A DNA stretch of 64,000 nucleotides from Amphiscolops sp. MND2022 (GCA_964187785.1 OZ076409.1:81470001-81534000); one strand, 5' to 3'; positions 26,723 to 39,480 are shown, counted from the stretch's first letter. Numbers and translations are program-made. Notes: a model not told the origin generated them from the letters alone.

Positions 26723-29276
26723 TTACTCACAATTCCTTGCACTTACTCACACAATCTACTATGTTATGTTCGCACGTACACGCAAGGCACTTCTATTAGT
26801 ATTAACCGGAGTAAGCTATTGAGACTTCGCAAAATGCTAAAGCAGCTGAACTGACTAATGCTGATAGTAATTGAACTGTCACTTGGAGATAGAAACCACG
26901 AAATAAGGAAACTAAAACTAACTATGCGTGCGCCAATAGTTTTTTCAATAAACTTAGAATTTGGTCATTGTGATAAGATACGTTCTCAGAATATGTAATA
27001 CCTCAGTAAGATCGTAATAAGAATCGTGCCATGCGTTCCATTGTCGCCAAGATGAAGTAAGAATTTGGTAAGGTCTAGCCAAGACAGCCATTATGCTAGT
27101 AAAAGGGTCAACCGGGTAGCTTTTATTTGCAGATGGCAGTCTTCGGCTAATCACAACCAAACCGACCTTAAATACTAGCCAAAATTTGATATTTTAACTC
27201 TGATAACTGTTAATGTCGTTACCACTGGATAATCATATCCCCATGTTGAGCACTCCCTGCAAATCTGTACAGATCTGCACAGTTCTTGACAGATATTCTA
27301 GGATTGTTCGAAAATTGAATAGCCATAAATTAAGTTTTCGAAAAAGAAATTAGTTGGTTAAAAAGTGCTCTACGAAAAAAACACGTCTCCCATTTGAAGC
27401 TTTAAAAAAGATTCTGTACGAATCTGTACAGATCTGTACAGATCCTTGCAGATATTCCAGGATTTGTTAAAAATTAACCATACCATTAAATTACTAAAAC
27501 GTATTCCGAAATTCCAGCAATTACTAAAACTATTCCTGCAAACCATGTTCCCGAAATATTACAACCACAGCACTCTATCAACACTTCTACCAACCCAGAA
27601 GGTTGTCACATGTCAAATTTCATCCGTCAAAACGAATTCAAAATGGCAAACGAGCTTCTCAAAGTTGAAAAACCACTTCTGGAACGTTCAAGTGAAATGG
27701 ATAAATTACAGTGTATAACCAACACCGAACATTCCCCAGACACCAAAATTACCGTGATGGGGACAAAAATTCCTGCTCAAGAATTTTGAGTGATGGAGAG
27801 TTTCAACTGACTGAGCCTTGGTCAGCAAAAATATCTACTGAAGAAGCTAAAAAATGAAATGCATCGTTTCACTAGAAAGTCTGGAAAAAAAATTCCTGAG
27901 AAATCTGTACAGAGATCTTTACAGATTCTCAAGCAAAGCTCAACATGGGTCATGCTTATGGACTTTTTTGCAACACCTTATCCGTACAACAACGGAAAAC
28001 TTCAAAGCCCTTGGTAAAGATGTAAAGCTGTTCAAAGTCTGTTATACTGAACCTAAATTGAGTTGTTCAGTCGGAGGAACAAAAAGGACATAATTTTCCA
28101 GATTTTTCCAATCACAAAGAGCTCTTTAACTTCAGGTTCGTCAGACTCTTGGTAGAAAAAGCGCTCCGAGGCAGTTTTTAAGGAAATAGTGATCAACGTG
28201 TGATCAAAATCCACAAGAATTCAACTTTTGCAAAATGAAAATACCGTTAATTAAGTTCAATTCCAAAAGTTTCGGCTTCCAAACTTTTGTGAATAACTCG
28301 TTAAAACTGGAACTATATCTGATTCACATCGACTGTGAAAAGGCTAGGGCTTATTTCCCCCTGCCTGCCAAAAAATGAGGGACCACAAGTCAGTACAAAT
28401 CAGTAAGTGAAAAACCGATGTCTGGAAGTTCATTTCGTCAAAATCTCAATAATCTCGTATTTAACCGTATGGTTCCATGCATGGAATTGCTTGGAATTAT
28501 AGCATAATTTATACAACTTCTTTCTACTTAAAAATACAATATAAAGTAGCAATTTGATCCAATGATCACAAAACGACTTGCATTCGACAAGATCCGATGT
28601 TTATTTAAATTAAACTTGATTATTCAGAAATTTACCAATTACCGAGAATATCCTAACAAGCGAAGCTTTAGTTTGTCACTCTAATTTCGTCATTTTTTTA
28701 TTGACTCAACTCACACGGATAGAAAAAAAATAGCACATCTTGAACTGTGGAGAACCAGAAAATGCAAACTCTAGAAAAAAATATCTGGAATAAATTATTT
28801 ATTTGTCCTAAGCCTTTCAAGACCAATTCTTAGAGGTCAACTGATGCGGAGTTCTATTAACTTTTCAGGCTTTGTAATCCATATTGCGTCAATGATTTAC
28901 ATTTTATTGCCAAGATATGAGCCTGTGAAAATCCTTCAAAGCTATAAATTAAACGCAGTTTGACCTTTGTCAAAATTGACCATGGTTTTCCAAAATTTTT
29001 CTTTTCCATCTCAGACATGAAAAGCCATTTTTGTTCCCTTGTTTAGCTGCAGCAGAAAAAATTCTGAGTATGAAAACGATTCATTGATTTCTTTCATTAC
29101 TAATTTTGTACAGGCGAAGTTTCATTGGTTTTTCAACAGAACAAATTATAATTAATTGCTTCTTTTTTGTCTAAGGTACAACAACTACGATCACATGCGG
29201 GAACGACACGAGAGTGTGAACCAACGAGATTCAGGCACCGTTCTGAACGCCCAAACCACCAAGCGAATGCAGGTAT

Positions 29277-29620
29277 GAGCAGGACGCCCGCTATGCATCG
29301 GGATATTTTCCGCCTTCAATTGAAAGCGGAAATCGGAAATTTACCTCCTCCTTGGTAAAACGCATATTACTTCGGAAATAACGTCAAAATTCGGATATAG
29401 CGAAATTTTTTCGAACCTCCGCTTCCTCCGTAGAAAAAAAAACAATTAACTTTGGATATAACGTCAAACGTTGGGATATAGCGTGCTGGGACAATTGGTA
29501 ACCCTTTTCGAACCTGTGCCTTCTCCATTGTAAAACGCAATGTTAAGTATACCTTAGAAAAACGCAACACAAATCATAATTTTGCTCCCCCTACACAATA
29601 AATTGTGGGGGCGGAAAATA
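29277..29620 (-). mobile_element. HINE-like element (family C)
   Basis: Subterminal inverted repeat TATTTTCCGCC (~29304-29314) / GGCGGAAAATA (29610-29620), terminal CCCG...CGGG hairpin, and a duplicated internal unit AACGTCAAA..T.GGATATAGCG. Confidence 0.6.
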
Positions 29621-29639
29621 ATAATTGCACGGTTAGACT

Positions 29640-30140
29640 AACAAGACGGGAACGTCTAAAGTCGGCGCTATATCTAAGGCTCAAAAAGCGCAAGACTTTT
29701 TTAAAAAAAACTTGAAATTTTTGATTTTTTTCTTTCAGAAAATGTCGCATAGTGCCGAAAAATGTAAAAGGGGGACCCTTTGGGCTTTATTAACATACAT
29801 TCTGTTGCAACATATGAAAAAACTCGAAAGGGGGACTCTTTTGAGACATTAAAAATTTTTCGAAAAAAGTCGCACAATGCCGAAAAAAAAATCGAAAGGG
29901 GGGACTCTTTAGTCTCGTCCGGTTTTGTAGGTTACGTTAAAAAAGTAAAAAATGAAAGGGGGACCCTTTTGCACTAATTTCCGCTGACCGTACTAGGACT
30001 TATGGTAGTAGTTTTAGTAGTTTCGATTGTAAGAAAAGTGGCCCAATCAGAGTGAGATTGTAGTCTGACGAAAAAAAAAGAAAAAAAACTAGCCACTGTA
30101 AGAGTCGGGCACTTTTCACTAGAAAAGCGCCGACTAAAAA
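29640..30140 (-). mobile_element. DINE-1/HINE-like element (family A)
   Basis: AACAAGACGGGAACGTCTAAAGTCGGCGC...GAGTCGGGCACTTTT...AAAAGCGCCGACTAAAAA. Confidence 0.85.
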
Positions 30141-30742
30141 GGCAATCGATTGTGCAGACAGATTAACCATTACAGATTACCGGTTGGAGACATTCAGGTC
30201 CAAGACTATTCTTTGGAATCGAAGTCCAAAAAGGGTCTTCTAAACAATTAATCAGAAAAATAGAAACCGAATGAAAAATTTGTAGCATGACTCAGCTTTC
30301 CTTCCTCCGGGGTGCTTCGCAACCCTCCAGGTCGGCTTTCGTCAAAATCATCCGCTAGACCCGTAATGTCACGTCGCTCCCTTTCGCTTTGCTCACCTTC
30401 GCTTCGCTCTTGCATTTAAAGCACTACAGGTATATACCTGATTAACTCCCTAACAAGACTTGAAAACCAGATTGAATGCTGGTAACATTCAAAGATGCGT
30501 TTGCCTATAGGTAGGTATACACGAGGATGGTAAATAACGTCCAAAAAAGAGACAATCGTGATCTGCCACGGTCACATATGCAATCATTCGGTAAAATCAT
30601 GTAATCAGATTCGTCATAAGTTTTCGCCCAATCGACATGATTTCCTGTAATTGAGGCAATTGAAACAGCTTATAATTTTATAATGGAAGTTTGAAAATTC
30701 CGCAATTGTCACTATGATGCAATTGCTACTCTGTATCGGTAA

Positions 30743-31110
30743 TTTTTAGGAGTCGGAAAAAATTTTCGACTACTGATCCATTCGTGTCGTTTTTCTTCTC
30801 CCGATCTTTCGAAGAAAATTTCAAACTTCTCAAAAACTGTCCATACGATTTTCATAAAAGGTTGCACAGTATTTCTACACCCAAAGGGGCCCCTGCGTGC
30901 GCAATGGCATCAAAATCGTATGGCTGGGATGTGAGAAACTGGGATTCTCAAAAACTCTTTTTACCATTCGAACGAAATTTTCTACAGTCATTCTACGCCA
31001 TAATATGTACCTATGAGCGCAATTTCAACAAGTTCGTATGACTGGGATTCGAGCAAGTCAGAAGGAAAAAGACTTAAGCCGACTCCTTTACCGCATATGC
31101 GGCTCTGGTT
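30743..31110 (+). mobile_element. HINE-like element (family B, short copy)
   Basis: Same termini as 19985-20797 (TTTTTAGGAGTCGGAAAAAATTTTCGACTAC ... CCGACTCCTTTACCGCATATGCGGCTCTGGTT) with fewer internal units. Confidence 0.8.
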
Positions 31111-31126
31111 AAGTATCTATTTGTAG

Positions 31127-31360
31127 GTATTTGAGACGTACTGCGTGGGCAAAGCATTGCGCAAGATGGCTGGAAAGAAGACCTCTTACGACAGTGTTGT
31201 CGACATGATCCAAGACACAGAAGCTCAGCTGGGAAAAGTTCAAGACTGTAAACACATGGTCAACAATGTGCGCAAAATGATCCAGACTCAGAGGATGCGA
31301 AGACGCGCCAGACGCCGGGTAGGAAATCCGGTCGCGAGGAACCTTCCGGAGGATCATTAA
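31127..31360 (+). CDS. TRPM-like channel, putative terminal coding exon (FExxC motif and coiled coil)
   Basis: ttgtag acceptor. Phase 0 reads VFETYCVGKALRKM...VVDMIQDTEAQLGKVQDCKHMVNNVRKMI...EDH*. FExxCV is typical of TRPMs just before the C-terminal coiled coil. Requires one unlocated intervening exon. Confidence 0.7.
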   Translation, partial: VFETYCVGKALRKMAGKKTSYDSVVDMIQDTEAQLGKVQDCKHMVNNVRKMIQTQRMRRRARRRVGNPVARNLPEDH

Positions 31361-31961
31361 CTAAGTTATAAAAATTAGTCGCCTTGTTCATTAATTTCAG
31401 TTAATTTCAATTAATAATTTAATATCATTATTTATTATAATTTTGATAATTTCATCAATACCATGACTTCATTTTATATATTGAGCAAACGTTTTTTGAA
31501 ATTATTTTCTAGAAAAACAATTGACTGGTTTGCAATTTCATGGTTTTGGAGCATCGAATGATCGAAGGTACTCGAAAATAAAACTATAACTACCATAACA
31601 GAAAGTTATTTCTCTTGACAATTCACACTATGATGAGTTCCCCACAAAAATTTCATTATAACATCAGGAAGTGTGCAAGCAAATTGTGTGCCGATAAATC
31701 AATTTCACTTTAAAAATGAAGCACCTTGACGTTTTATATCAGCCGTGGTTGAATAAAACAAATTGTTTTTGGGCAAAGCCTCCGTGAAGTTTTTGGAGGA
31801 CTAAAGATAAATTTCATTAATTTAATTTTGGCTATGAATCGTATATTAAATTAGTGATATTCATGTTCAAAGAAGTTTAGATTCCAATGTCATCATCGTC
31901 AAAATCCTACCGGGGCTTCGTCATTCGAAATCCGGCCCTTGAGAAATATCACCAAACAAAA

Positions 31962-32033
31962 TATGCAAATTGTGATAACATCATTAACCGCTCGTTTGGC
32001 TCAACTGTTAATGATATTATTACAATTTGCATA
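31962..32033. repeat. 27-bp inverted repeat / 72-nt hairpin
   Basis: TATGCAAATTGTGATAACATCATTAAC, 18-nt loop, GTTAATGATATTATTACAATTTGCATA; two mismatches, one of which can pair G:U. Confidence 0.85.
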
Positions 32034-32960
32034 CTCTTTTGGCAATCGGCTCGTCTGAAAATAATGTATATCTAAAACTATCAAAATTTTTCAACATTCA
32101 GTTCCATCTGATTCAAATGAACATTTTTCTTGTTGAAATGTTATCAGTTGTAAAGCATCGTTGTAACTTATTGTCACTTCAGCCAAAATGAATTTTTTTC
32201 GACAAATTTTCAATGAACGAATTCTATGAAATTGATGAAGAACTTAGTGTTACTCTAGTATCGAAAAAAAGAAGAAAATTTGATCGGTTACACCTGAAAT
32301 TTGTTCTAACAAAACCAATAAACAGCCCTTCATTTTGATAAATTAGAAATAGGAAAATCTTATTTTCAATAAGATTGTGCTTCCGATTATTTTTCGATAA
32401 CTTGGCAAGGTTGGCACTTGATCTAGTGATTGGTAAGCGGGCTTTGCAATGAAATTTGGTTCAAATTTGCTTTGAAGCCGGTATCAGAAGTTTTCTAGAG
32501 GTCCTATATACAACATTTTGCTATCACAAATGAGCGACAAATGGAAGGGAGTTTTTTGCCAGTGTTAAAATGTTTTCATTTTCGACTTGTGTATTCCTTT
32601 TCTGTTCTATCAAGCTAGCACTAAATATAAGGTGCCCCCAATCTCTCGAACAATGAGCGGAATTTTTCTTCATCGACAGTTTATTCACTTCGATGGATGC
32701 ATTGAAGAATTTCATTCCAGGCTAAGTTTTGAGTCATCGTTCCTGAAAACTTCGTTACAAAATGGCTTTACAGTGGGGTTTCTTGATCTTGGAGAGAATG
32801 CTACAAGAATTTTCGTTTTATATGATTCTTACAGGTCAAACTCGAAGTATTGGAACACTGTAATGGTTAGATCATTCGGATTAGATCCTTCGAGTAGGGG
32901 AGTAGCATATGCTTTGAGTTTTCAGCTTAGTGAGGTCCTAAATATAAGTAGAAAAACATT

Positions 32961-33032
32961 TAGGGTGTTAGCGGCGATCGAACCCCAAGCCTCCGGGACC
33001 GCAGTCCGTTGGCGTACCACTGAGCCATAGGG
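32961..33032 (-). pseudogene. tRNA-derived sequence (SINE head or pseudo-tRNA)
   Basis: Reverse strand has an A-box TGGCTCAGTGGT and a B-box GGTTCGATCG at tRNA-like spacing, but no convincing acceptor stem. Confidence 0.5.
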
Positions 33033-33200
33033 AGCATAAACCGCCTAATTTAATTTGAATAAAAAGCGCCCTGATTTTGTTGCAACGCATTCACAAGTTA
33101 TACCTTAGTTTATTGGATACAACCTATTGAAGTCAACTTTTTGGTGTAAGACTCAAAACCTAGCATGATATGCAATCATGAAAGTCATTACCATCAGAAA

Positions 33201-33490
33201 TTGAATCAACTGCAGTTGATTGTTAGAATTTCTATTGCTTTTGTAACTTTCATTCTGGTTACCTTGATATTGAATTACACCGTTACATTATTGTTACATT
33301 CCCAACAAACAAAAAGGATTACTTTGCAACAACGAAAGCATTGAACTATAACAAAACAACTTGTTCGGCAAAATTCGAAGGATATTGTCAAAACAGGGAA
33401 GATGCTTCATCGTTGAAGACGAAGGAGTAATAGTCTGTCGGTGTCCGGATCCTTACGGTGGTGAACCTTGTGAAAAACACCTGTGGTACC
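33201..33490 (+). pseudogene. Small signal-anchored EGF-like growth-factor ORF (frameshifted)
   Basis: Hydrophobic N-terminus LIVRISIAFVTFILVTLIL, then TTCSAKFEGYCQNx/GRCFIVEDEGVIVCRCPDPYGGEPCEK. Cys spacing is CX7CX5CX10CX1CX8C after repairing a 1-nt frameshift within the domain. Confidence 0.7.
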
Positions 33491-33791
33491 ATTTGATTCA
33501 AATCGTCAATTATATCACACAAGCGGTCGACGCAATGCACGGCAGTAGAAATAATAAAAAATGCTCAATCAGAGATTTGATTTGGAATCAAAGGCATTAG
33601 CATGTCAGAAGGTATTAACTAGAGATTGTAGCATCCGATTCAGATATTATGTCTTGGGAATTTGCAGAGATTACTGAAACGAGGAATTTTCGATCTGTTG
33701 GAAAACAATTTACAATTACCCCGATTCAACTGGTGGTATGAATATTCAAAATTCTTTGGGCTGGTTAAAACTATACTAGAAGGAACACGTC

Positions 33792-36398
33792 TGTTGGCCG
33801 TTCATCATGGTTTGGTTGTGAAAAGCGCCGACTGTGAACGTACAACATACCAGTACAAGACTATTGGTTCACTGAGAGAGACATGTCTCGCATTGCGGTA
33901 TCGAAATCAATGATGAATTCTGGTTGCTGGAATGCTGAACGTTCTTTTGTAAAGGCTTTATAACAATTTCTCAACTTTTTTCTTATAAATCTTCCTACGT
34001 GACAAATTTGTGAAATGATTGATTGACGCCTCGCAACTCAGCCAATGGTTGAAATAAAGTCATTCCAAAAGGTTTACAGAGACATTTACCATCAGAACTG
34101 ATGGTTTCAAAAAACATTTAAGAGCAAAGTTTATTGATTAGATTGATATTTGAAAACAACCAATAAGTTTCTCGAGTCTAAAGCATTACATTTTTTCATT
34201 TGCAATTATATTGGCACAAATACACAACAGCTGTTGAGTGTACAAAGTTGAAGTTGGATTACGTTGTCATTTAGTCATCATTCAAACACAAAAACGAACC
34301 TTATTCACTGAAAAAGGTTTCAGTCGTTTGTACTTCACATAACAAGATACAGCCTTTCTGCAGACACAGTGTCATATCGATGAAGTGCCCGCCGAAAAAC
34401 GACACTTGCCTGGTCTTTGGCAGCAAACAGTACAGCAACCATTTGCATGGTCTACGCCGGAACTCTGGAACTTACGACTACTCATTTATTTATCTTTTTC
34501 AAAACCAGTTTGAAAGTTCGTTTCACAAACACAGTGTTCTATGCAAAAAGCGAAGCTAAGTGCAACTGTTTACGCAGTCTTTGACTCAACACTGTATACT
34601 TGGAACTAGTTGGTTGTCCAAAAGTAACCGAATTCGTCACTTTTGACAATACAAATTGCACTAACCATAATCCCGCCGACATTTACTTCGATCATTGCTC
34701 AAAAAGAAAGCTTAATTTTTTTATTGTCGGCTGTTGAGTCAAATCGACAAAAAAGCTGTGTCACATTACAAAGCACAAGTTCTACAGCTACCTGGCTCCC
34801 AGAATCTGACACTGAGTACGCAAACAACCAGTCATCCAATGGCCGTGGAAGATGATACCAATTTACTTCACGTTGAAATTTTTCTTGTGAAAGATTTAAC
34901 AGCCCAGATTGCAGGTCAAAACGTTTTCATGAATGCTGTGAGTCAGTTGAAGAATACAAGTTCCTAAAAGCTGGTTTTTTGTCAATTGACACCGTAATCA
35001 ATTATACAGCTACTTTTACTAATCATCATGCCAACCAAGGGATTACAAAAACTGATGAAAGAGAGAAGCTTTCAGCCTTTTCGACTACTTCTGAACATTG
35101 TTGGCCGTTCATCATGGGTTGATTGTGAAAAGCGCCGACTGTGAACGGACACACCAGTACAAGACTATTGGTTCACTGAGAGAGACATGTCTCGCATTGC
35201 GGTATCGAAATCAATGATGAATTCTGGTTTCTGGAATGCTGAACGTTGTTTTGTAAAGGCTTTGTAACAATTTCTCAACTTTTTTCTCATAAATCATCCT
35301 ACGTGACAAATTTGTGAAATGATTGATTGACGCCTCGCAACTCAGCCAATGGTTGAAATAAAGTCATTCCAAAAGGTTTACAGAGACATTTACCATCAGA
35401 ACTGATGGTTTCAAAAAACATTTAAGAGCAAAGTTTATTGATTAGATAGATATTTGAAAACAACCAATAAGTTTCTCGAGTTTAAAGCATTACATTTTTT
35501 CATTTGCAATTATATTGGCACAAATACACAACAGCTGTTGAGTGTACAAAGTTGAAGTTGGATTACGTTGTCATTTAGTCATCATTCAAACACAAAAACG
35601 AACCTTATTCACTGAAAAAGGTTTCAGTCGTTTGTACTTCGCATAACAAGATACAGTCTTTCTGAAGACACAGTGTCATATCGATGAAGTGCCCGCCGAA
35701 AAACGACACTTGCCTGGTCTTTGGCAGCAAACAGTACAGCAACCATTTGCATGGTCTACGCCAGAACTCTGGAACTCACGACTACTCATTTATTTATCTT
35801 TTTCAAAACCAGTTTGAAAGTTCGTTTCACAAACATAGTGTTCTATGCAAAAAGCTAAGCTAAATGCAACTGTTTACGCAGTCTTTGACTCAACACTGTA
35901 TACTTGGAACTAGTTGGTTGTCCAAAAGTAACCGAATTCGTCACTTTTGACAATACAAATTGCACTAACCATAATCCACCGACAACTACTTCGATCATTG
36001 CTCAAAAAGAAAGCTTATTTTTTTATTGTCGGCTGTTGAGTCAAATCGACAAAAAAGCTGTGTCACATTACAAAGCACAAGTTCTACAGCTACCTGGCTC
36101 CCAGAATCTGACACTGAGTACGCAAACAACCAGTCATCCAATGGCCGTGGAAGATGATACTAATTTACTTCACGTTGAAATTTTTCTTGTGAAAGATTTA
36201 ACAGCCCAGATTGCAAGTCAAAACGTTTCCATGAATGCTGTGAGTCAGTTGAAGAATACAAGTTCCTAAAAGCTGGTTTTTTGTCAATTGACACCGTAAT
36301 CAATTATACAGCTACTTTTACTAATCATCATGCCAACCAAGGGATTACAAAAACTGATAAAAGAGAGAAGCTTTCAGCCATTTCGACTACTTCTGAAC
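33792..36398 (+). repeat. Tandem duplication of a ~1.31-kb unit (33792-35096 and 35099-36398)
   Basis: Near-identical copies starting TGTTGGCCGTTCATCATGG and ending CGACTACTTCTGAAC, with scattered substitutions. Confidence 0.95.
34330..34760 (+). pseudogene. Decayed Polinton-associated conserved hypothetical ORF (second copy ~35640-36065)
   Basis: Fragments NHLHGLRRNSGTYDYS, FYAKSEAKC, LELVGCPKV and HCSKRK resemble a pattern (HGxxWxxG...KGxEK...LExxGCP...HCA) I associate with Polinton-like elements. Recalled, not searched. Confidence 0.45.
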
Positions 36399-36638
36399 TT
36401 TAGCAAAGCGATTGTCCTGTGAGCACAAAACGATACGCGACTACCCAAGCAAATGTTGCAGTTGACATTCAACGTTGTCCGGGAGTACCGCAAATTGCGA
36501 TGTACCAATCTGATGCGAAGAGAGGAGCTTGCAGTGTCCGGATAACCATGAAACCCAGGTGACGCTTTCAACAACGATATTTTCCATCATACTTGTGATG
36601 TAAGATTTGCATATATATGTATATATATTCTATCGTAC

Positions 36639-36838
36639 NNNNNNNNNNNNNNNNNNNNNNNNNNNNNNNNNNNNNNNNNNNNNNNNNNNNNNNNNNNNNN
36701 NNNNNNNNNNNNNNNNNNNNNNNNNNNNNNNNNNNNNNNNNNNNNNNNNNNNNNNNNNNNNNNNNNNNNNNNNNNNNNNNNNNNNNNNNNNNNNNNNNNN
36801 NNNNNNNNNNNNNNNNNNNNNNNNNNNNNNNNNNNNNN
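36639..36838. other. Assembly gap (200 N)
   Basis: Run of N characters. Confidence 1.
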
Positions 36839-38619
36839 TGCCTTATGGAGATTCAAAATTCGGTAACTTTACCTCAATCTTAAACTGTATTGTTCACTCA
36901 AGCATCATAAATTTTCTTAACAATATCAACAAGTCTGTTGAAATATTCACTTGACAAACTTTCCTGTGAAAACATGTCACTCTTAGCAGCAATTGATTAC
37001 GCAGTGCAAACTCGAAATTATGAACAAAATCATTTCCACAAACAAACGGAAACCTACAACTTCAAGTCAGTGGTATGTACGCGGATCTGGTGAAACATGA
37101 TGATTTAGAAAACGCTCTCATCACCAAAGACATTCAAACTATCTCCAGAGACAATTTTACTATTTTACAAAGAGTACCAACCATTGTTCAAAGAATTGAA
37201 GACAAGATCAGAGATTTGGAATTCCTATCATGCTTAGATTTTGAAACAAAAATAATAACATTGGAAATCGTTTCGTGGTCTTTGATTCAGCCATGCGAGT
37301 AGATCACAGCAGAAAAAATTTGTGAACTTGCACTCTAGTCTCTGTTCGACATAAAAAAGTGAAGAGCATTTTTGTCAAACATAATTTGTTTCAACAGGCA
37401 AGTGGTCACGCACAATTGACCTCAACACGACCGATATCATTCTCTCCAAATCATCTCTCAGTTTTTAACAAACTGATGTTTTTGGAAGACTGTTGAACAA
37501 TGCAAAGTTCATTAGAGATTGCAATAAAAAGGACATAAAGAAACCTTTCCGTCCTTTCATGATTGGTTTTGACCAACGAAGAAGTGAATCTCTGCGTTAT
37601 TGCTCCAAAAGTGGTGGCCCGGTGCCAACTGATTTTTACATTCCAGTTTTAATAGCTAAAGGAACTCCTCCTACTAATGAACGTAAAACACTTGCATAAA
37701 CAGTAAAATGAAGCAATGGCAGAGAGAAATACGAAAAGCAAACATTTGCAAAGAAATTGCATTGTTGCAGTGACAAAAAAAATCAAATTCCTGAACGAGT
37801 GCGCTGTTGATGATCAATTCAAACAACAGGATCATTTCAAACAACCATTTTCATTTCCCAGTTGGAAACTTGTTGTCGTTCGAGAAGGGACTGAAAGTTT
37901 TGTCTAATCATTTAATCAGCCGACATAAGCGACGACAGTTCTTTGCACAGCGAGGAAATAAAAGTATCGTACGACATTGGTGAATTCTGTTTCTGTTCTT
38001 TGACAAATTGAGTGCTCAAGATCGTACTCTGATTCCTGAAGATAGAGACATGAAGAAACGAACAAATTCATGGGATGTGTCAGATGAACTAACAACTGTT
38101 AAAGGTGAAACGTTTAACAATCTTCAAACGTGAACCTGAAAGGAAACCGAAGCAAGAAACTGTATTAAAAACGAAAATAAAGCCAGAGTACTTTAAAACT
38201 AGAGCGCTCAAATCGTTGTCTATGCTCAAAACCTCAAAGACGTAAAAGTCACAGCCGATTTTAGACAAAGTTACGAGCAGTGACAAAATTTCTATTAACG
38301 TTGATGACAAAGTTAAAACTGATGACCAAACAGAAGTAGTGAATGCAATCCCCTTCCTCATTGACATTCAACGAAACCGGAGCAGAGTTTCTCTTGAAGA
38401 CACCGACTATAAATGAGGACTAGAGAGGCTGCATAGGTCACCCCAAATGTTTGAGATTAACAAAGCAGTGCCTGGAACGGTTTTGAAACTGAAACGCTGA
38501 AAACCAGTATCAACAAAATAACACAACAAGATGACCAGCAACCCAACGAAGATTCTGAAGAAGAGGATGATGATGATGAAAGATTTGGAAAAACCAGTTC
38601 GACAACTTACAAACAGCGA

Positions 38620-39270
38620 CAGAACTATCAAGGAAAAAAGTGGTGAATTTTTTACAGTAAAAGATTGACCAAACGAAAAAAAAACAAAATCGGGGCAACT
38701 TTTCTCGTCTCAAAGTTTTTGCCGAGGAAATAATTCGTTCTGTCAGAAAAATGATCGCAAAATAGCCACTGAACGTTTATGCGGATAGAAGAACAGACTT
38801 CAATGAAGTATTCAGGAACTTTTGCTATCAAAAAGGCATTGAGATATACACCATTCAAAGTGAAACAAAGTCAACTTGCTGAGAGGAATAGTAGGTCGCT
38901 CAAAAACACTGTTTAAAGGCATTTGGAACTCAACCGGTCTGATCATTACGTAAACAAGTTGGGTCATTTTTTGACACCATCAACTCGCAAGTCATTTAAG
39001 TGACAAAGCTGGGGCCAAACAACACGCACACAACTCAGTACGATTGCTTGCACCAAACAAATCAGTCAATTTGGACAAAGAACCTCAATTTCAAGTTCGA
39101 GACAGACTTTGGATAGCCAAGCAAGATTTAAAAAAGGCACGAACAAAATTTTACTGACGAGATGAAAAGTTTACCATTGAAGAATTGCAACATTCAATAC
39201 ACCCACAGACAAATTGACGGACGCTGACAGTGAATTTTTGCAAGGCAACTTTCACGAGCCACAGCTGATC
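38620..39270 (+). pseudogene. Polinton-type retroviral-like (rve) integrase relic
   Basis: LAERNSRSLKNTV*RHLE...HYVNKL, PQFQVRDRLWIAK and LTDADSEFLQGNFHEPQLI correspond to the AERxxRTLK, PKFxVGDxVRI and GxFYExEL motifs. Confidence 0.8.
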
Positions 39271-39274
39271 CAGA

Positions 39275-39480
39275 CAAATGGACGAGTTGACTTTCGTCTC
39301 GAGCTGACAGTCGCTGTGAACATTTACCAAGGTAAGACAATCTCCTTCTTTGAAAACTTGCTGGCGCAACTATCAACTTGGAAGGTGGTTGGAGAGTAAC
39401 GTTGGCAGAAGTAAAACCACCCAGACAATGTAAAAACACCACGACAACTGACTACATGAATTACACTCCTAAAACTCCAT
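39275..39480 (+). pseudogene. Penton (minor capsid) N-terminal relic
   Basis: DFRLEL..AVNIYQGKTISFFENLL followed by a frameshifted GWRVTLAEV resembles FxxxLxSNxSxxxYPxNTxSxFxNxL...GxWEVALxEI. Directly follows the integrase. Confidence 0.5.

Noticed and set aside
26042..26742. Lys/Phe-rich ORFs in family A elements (also at 10.2, 47.1 and 48.5 kb)
   Set aside because: They arise from homopolymer-rich non-coding repeats; frames are not conserved between copies.
26990..27080. Candidate for the missing TRPM exon (also considered 30176-30250)
   Set aside because: No acceptor/donor pair gives an open phase-2 to phase-0 exon of convincing sequence.
30300..30415. GC-rich GCTTCGC hairpin cluster as a possible element terminus
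   Set aside because: No matching second terminus or target-site duplication found in the window.
36587..36954. ORFs spanning the X run
   Set aside because: Artefacts of the N gap.
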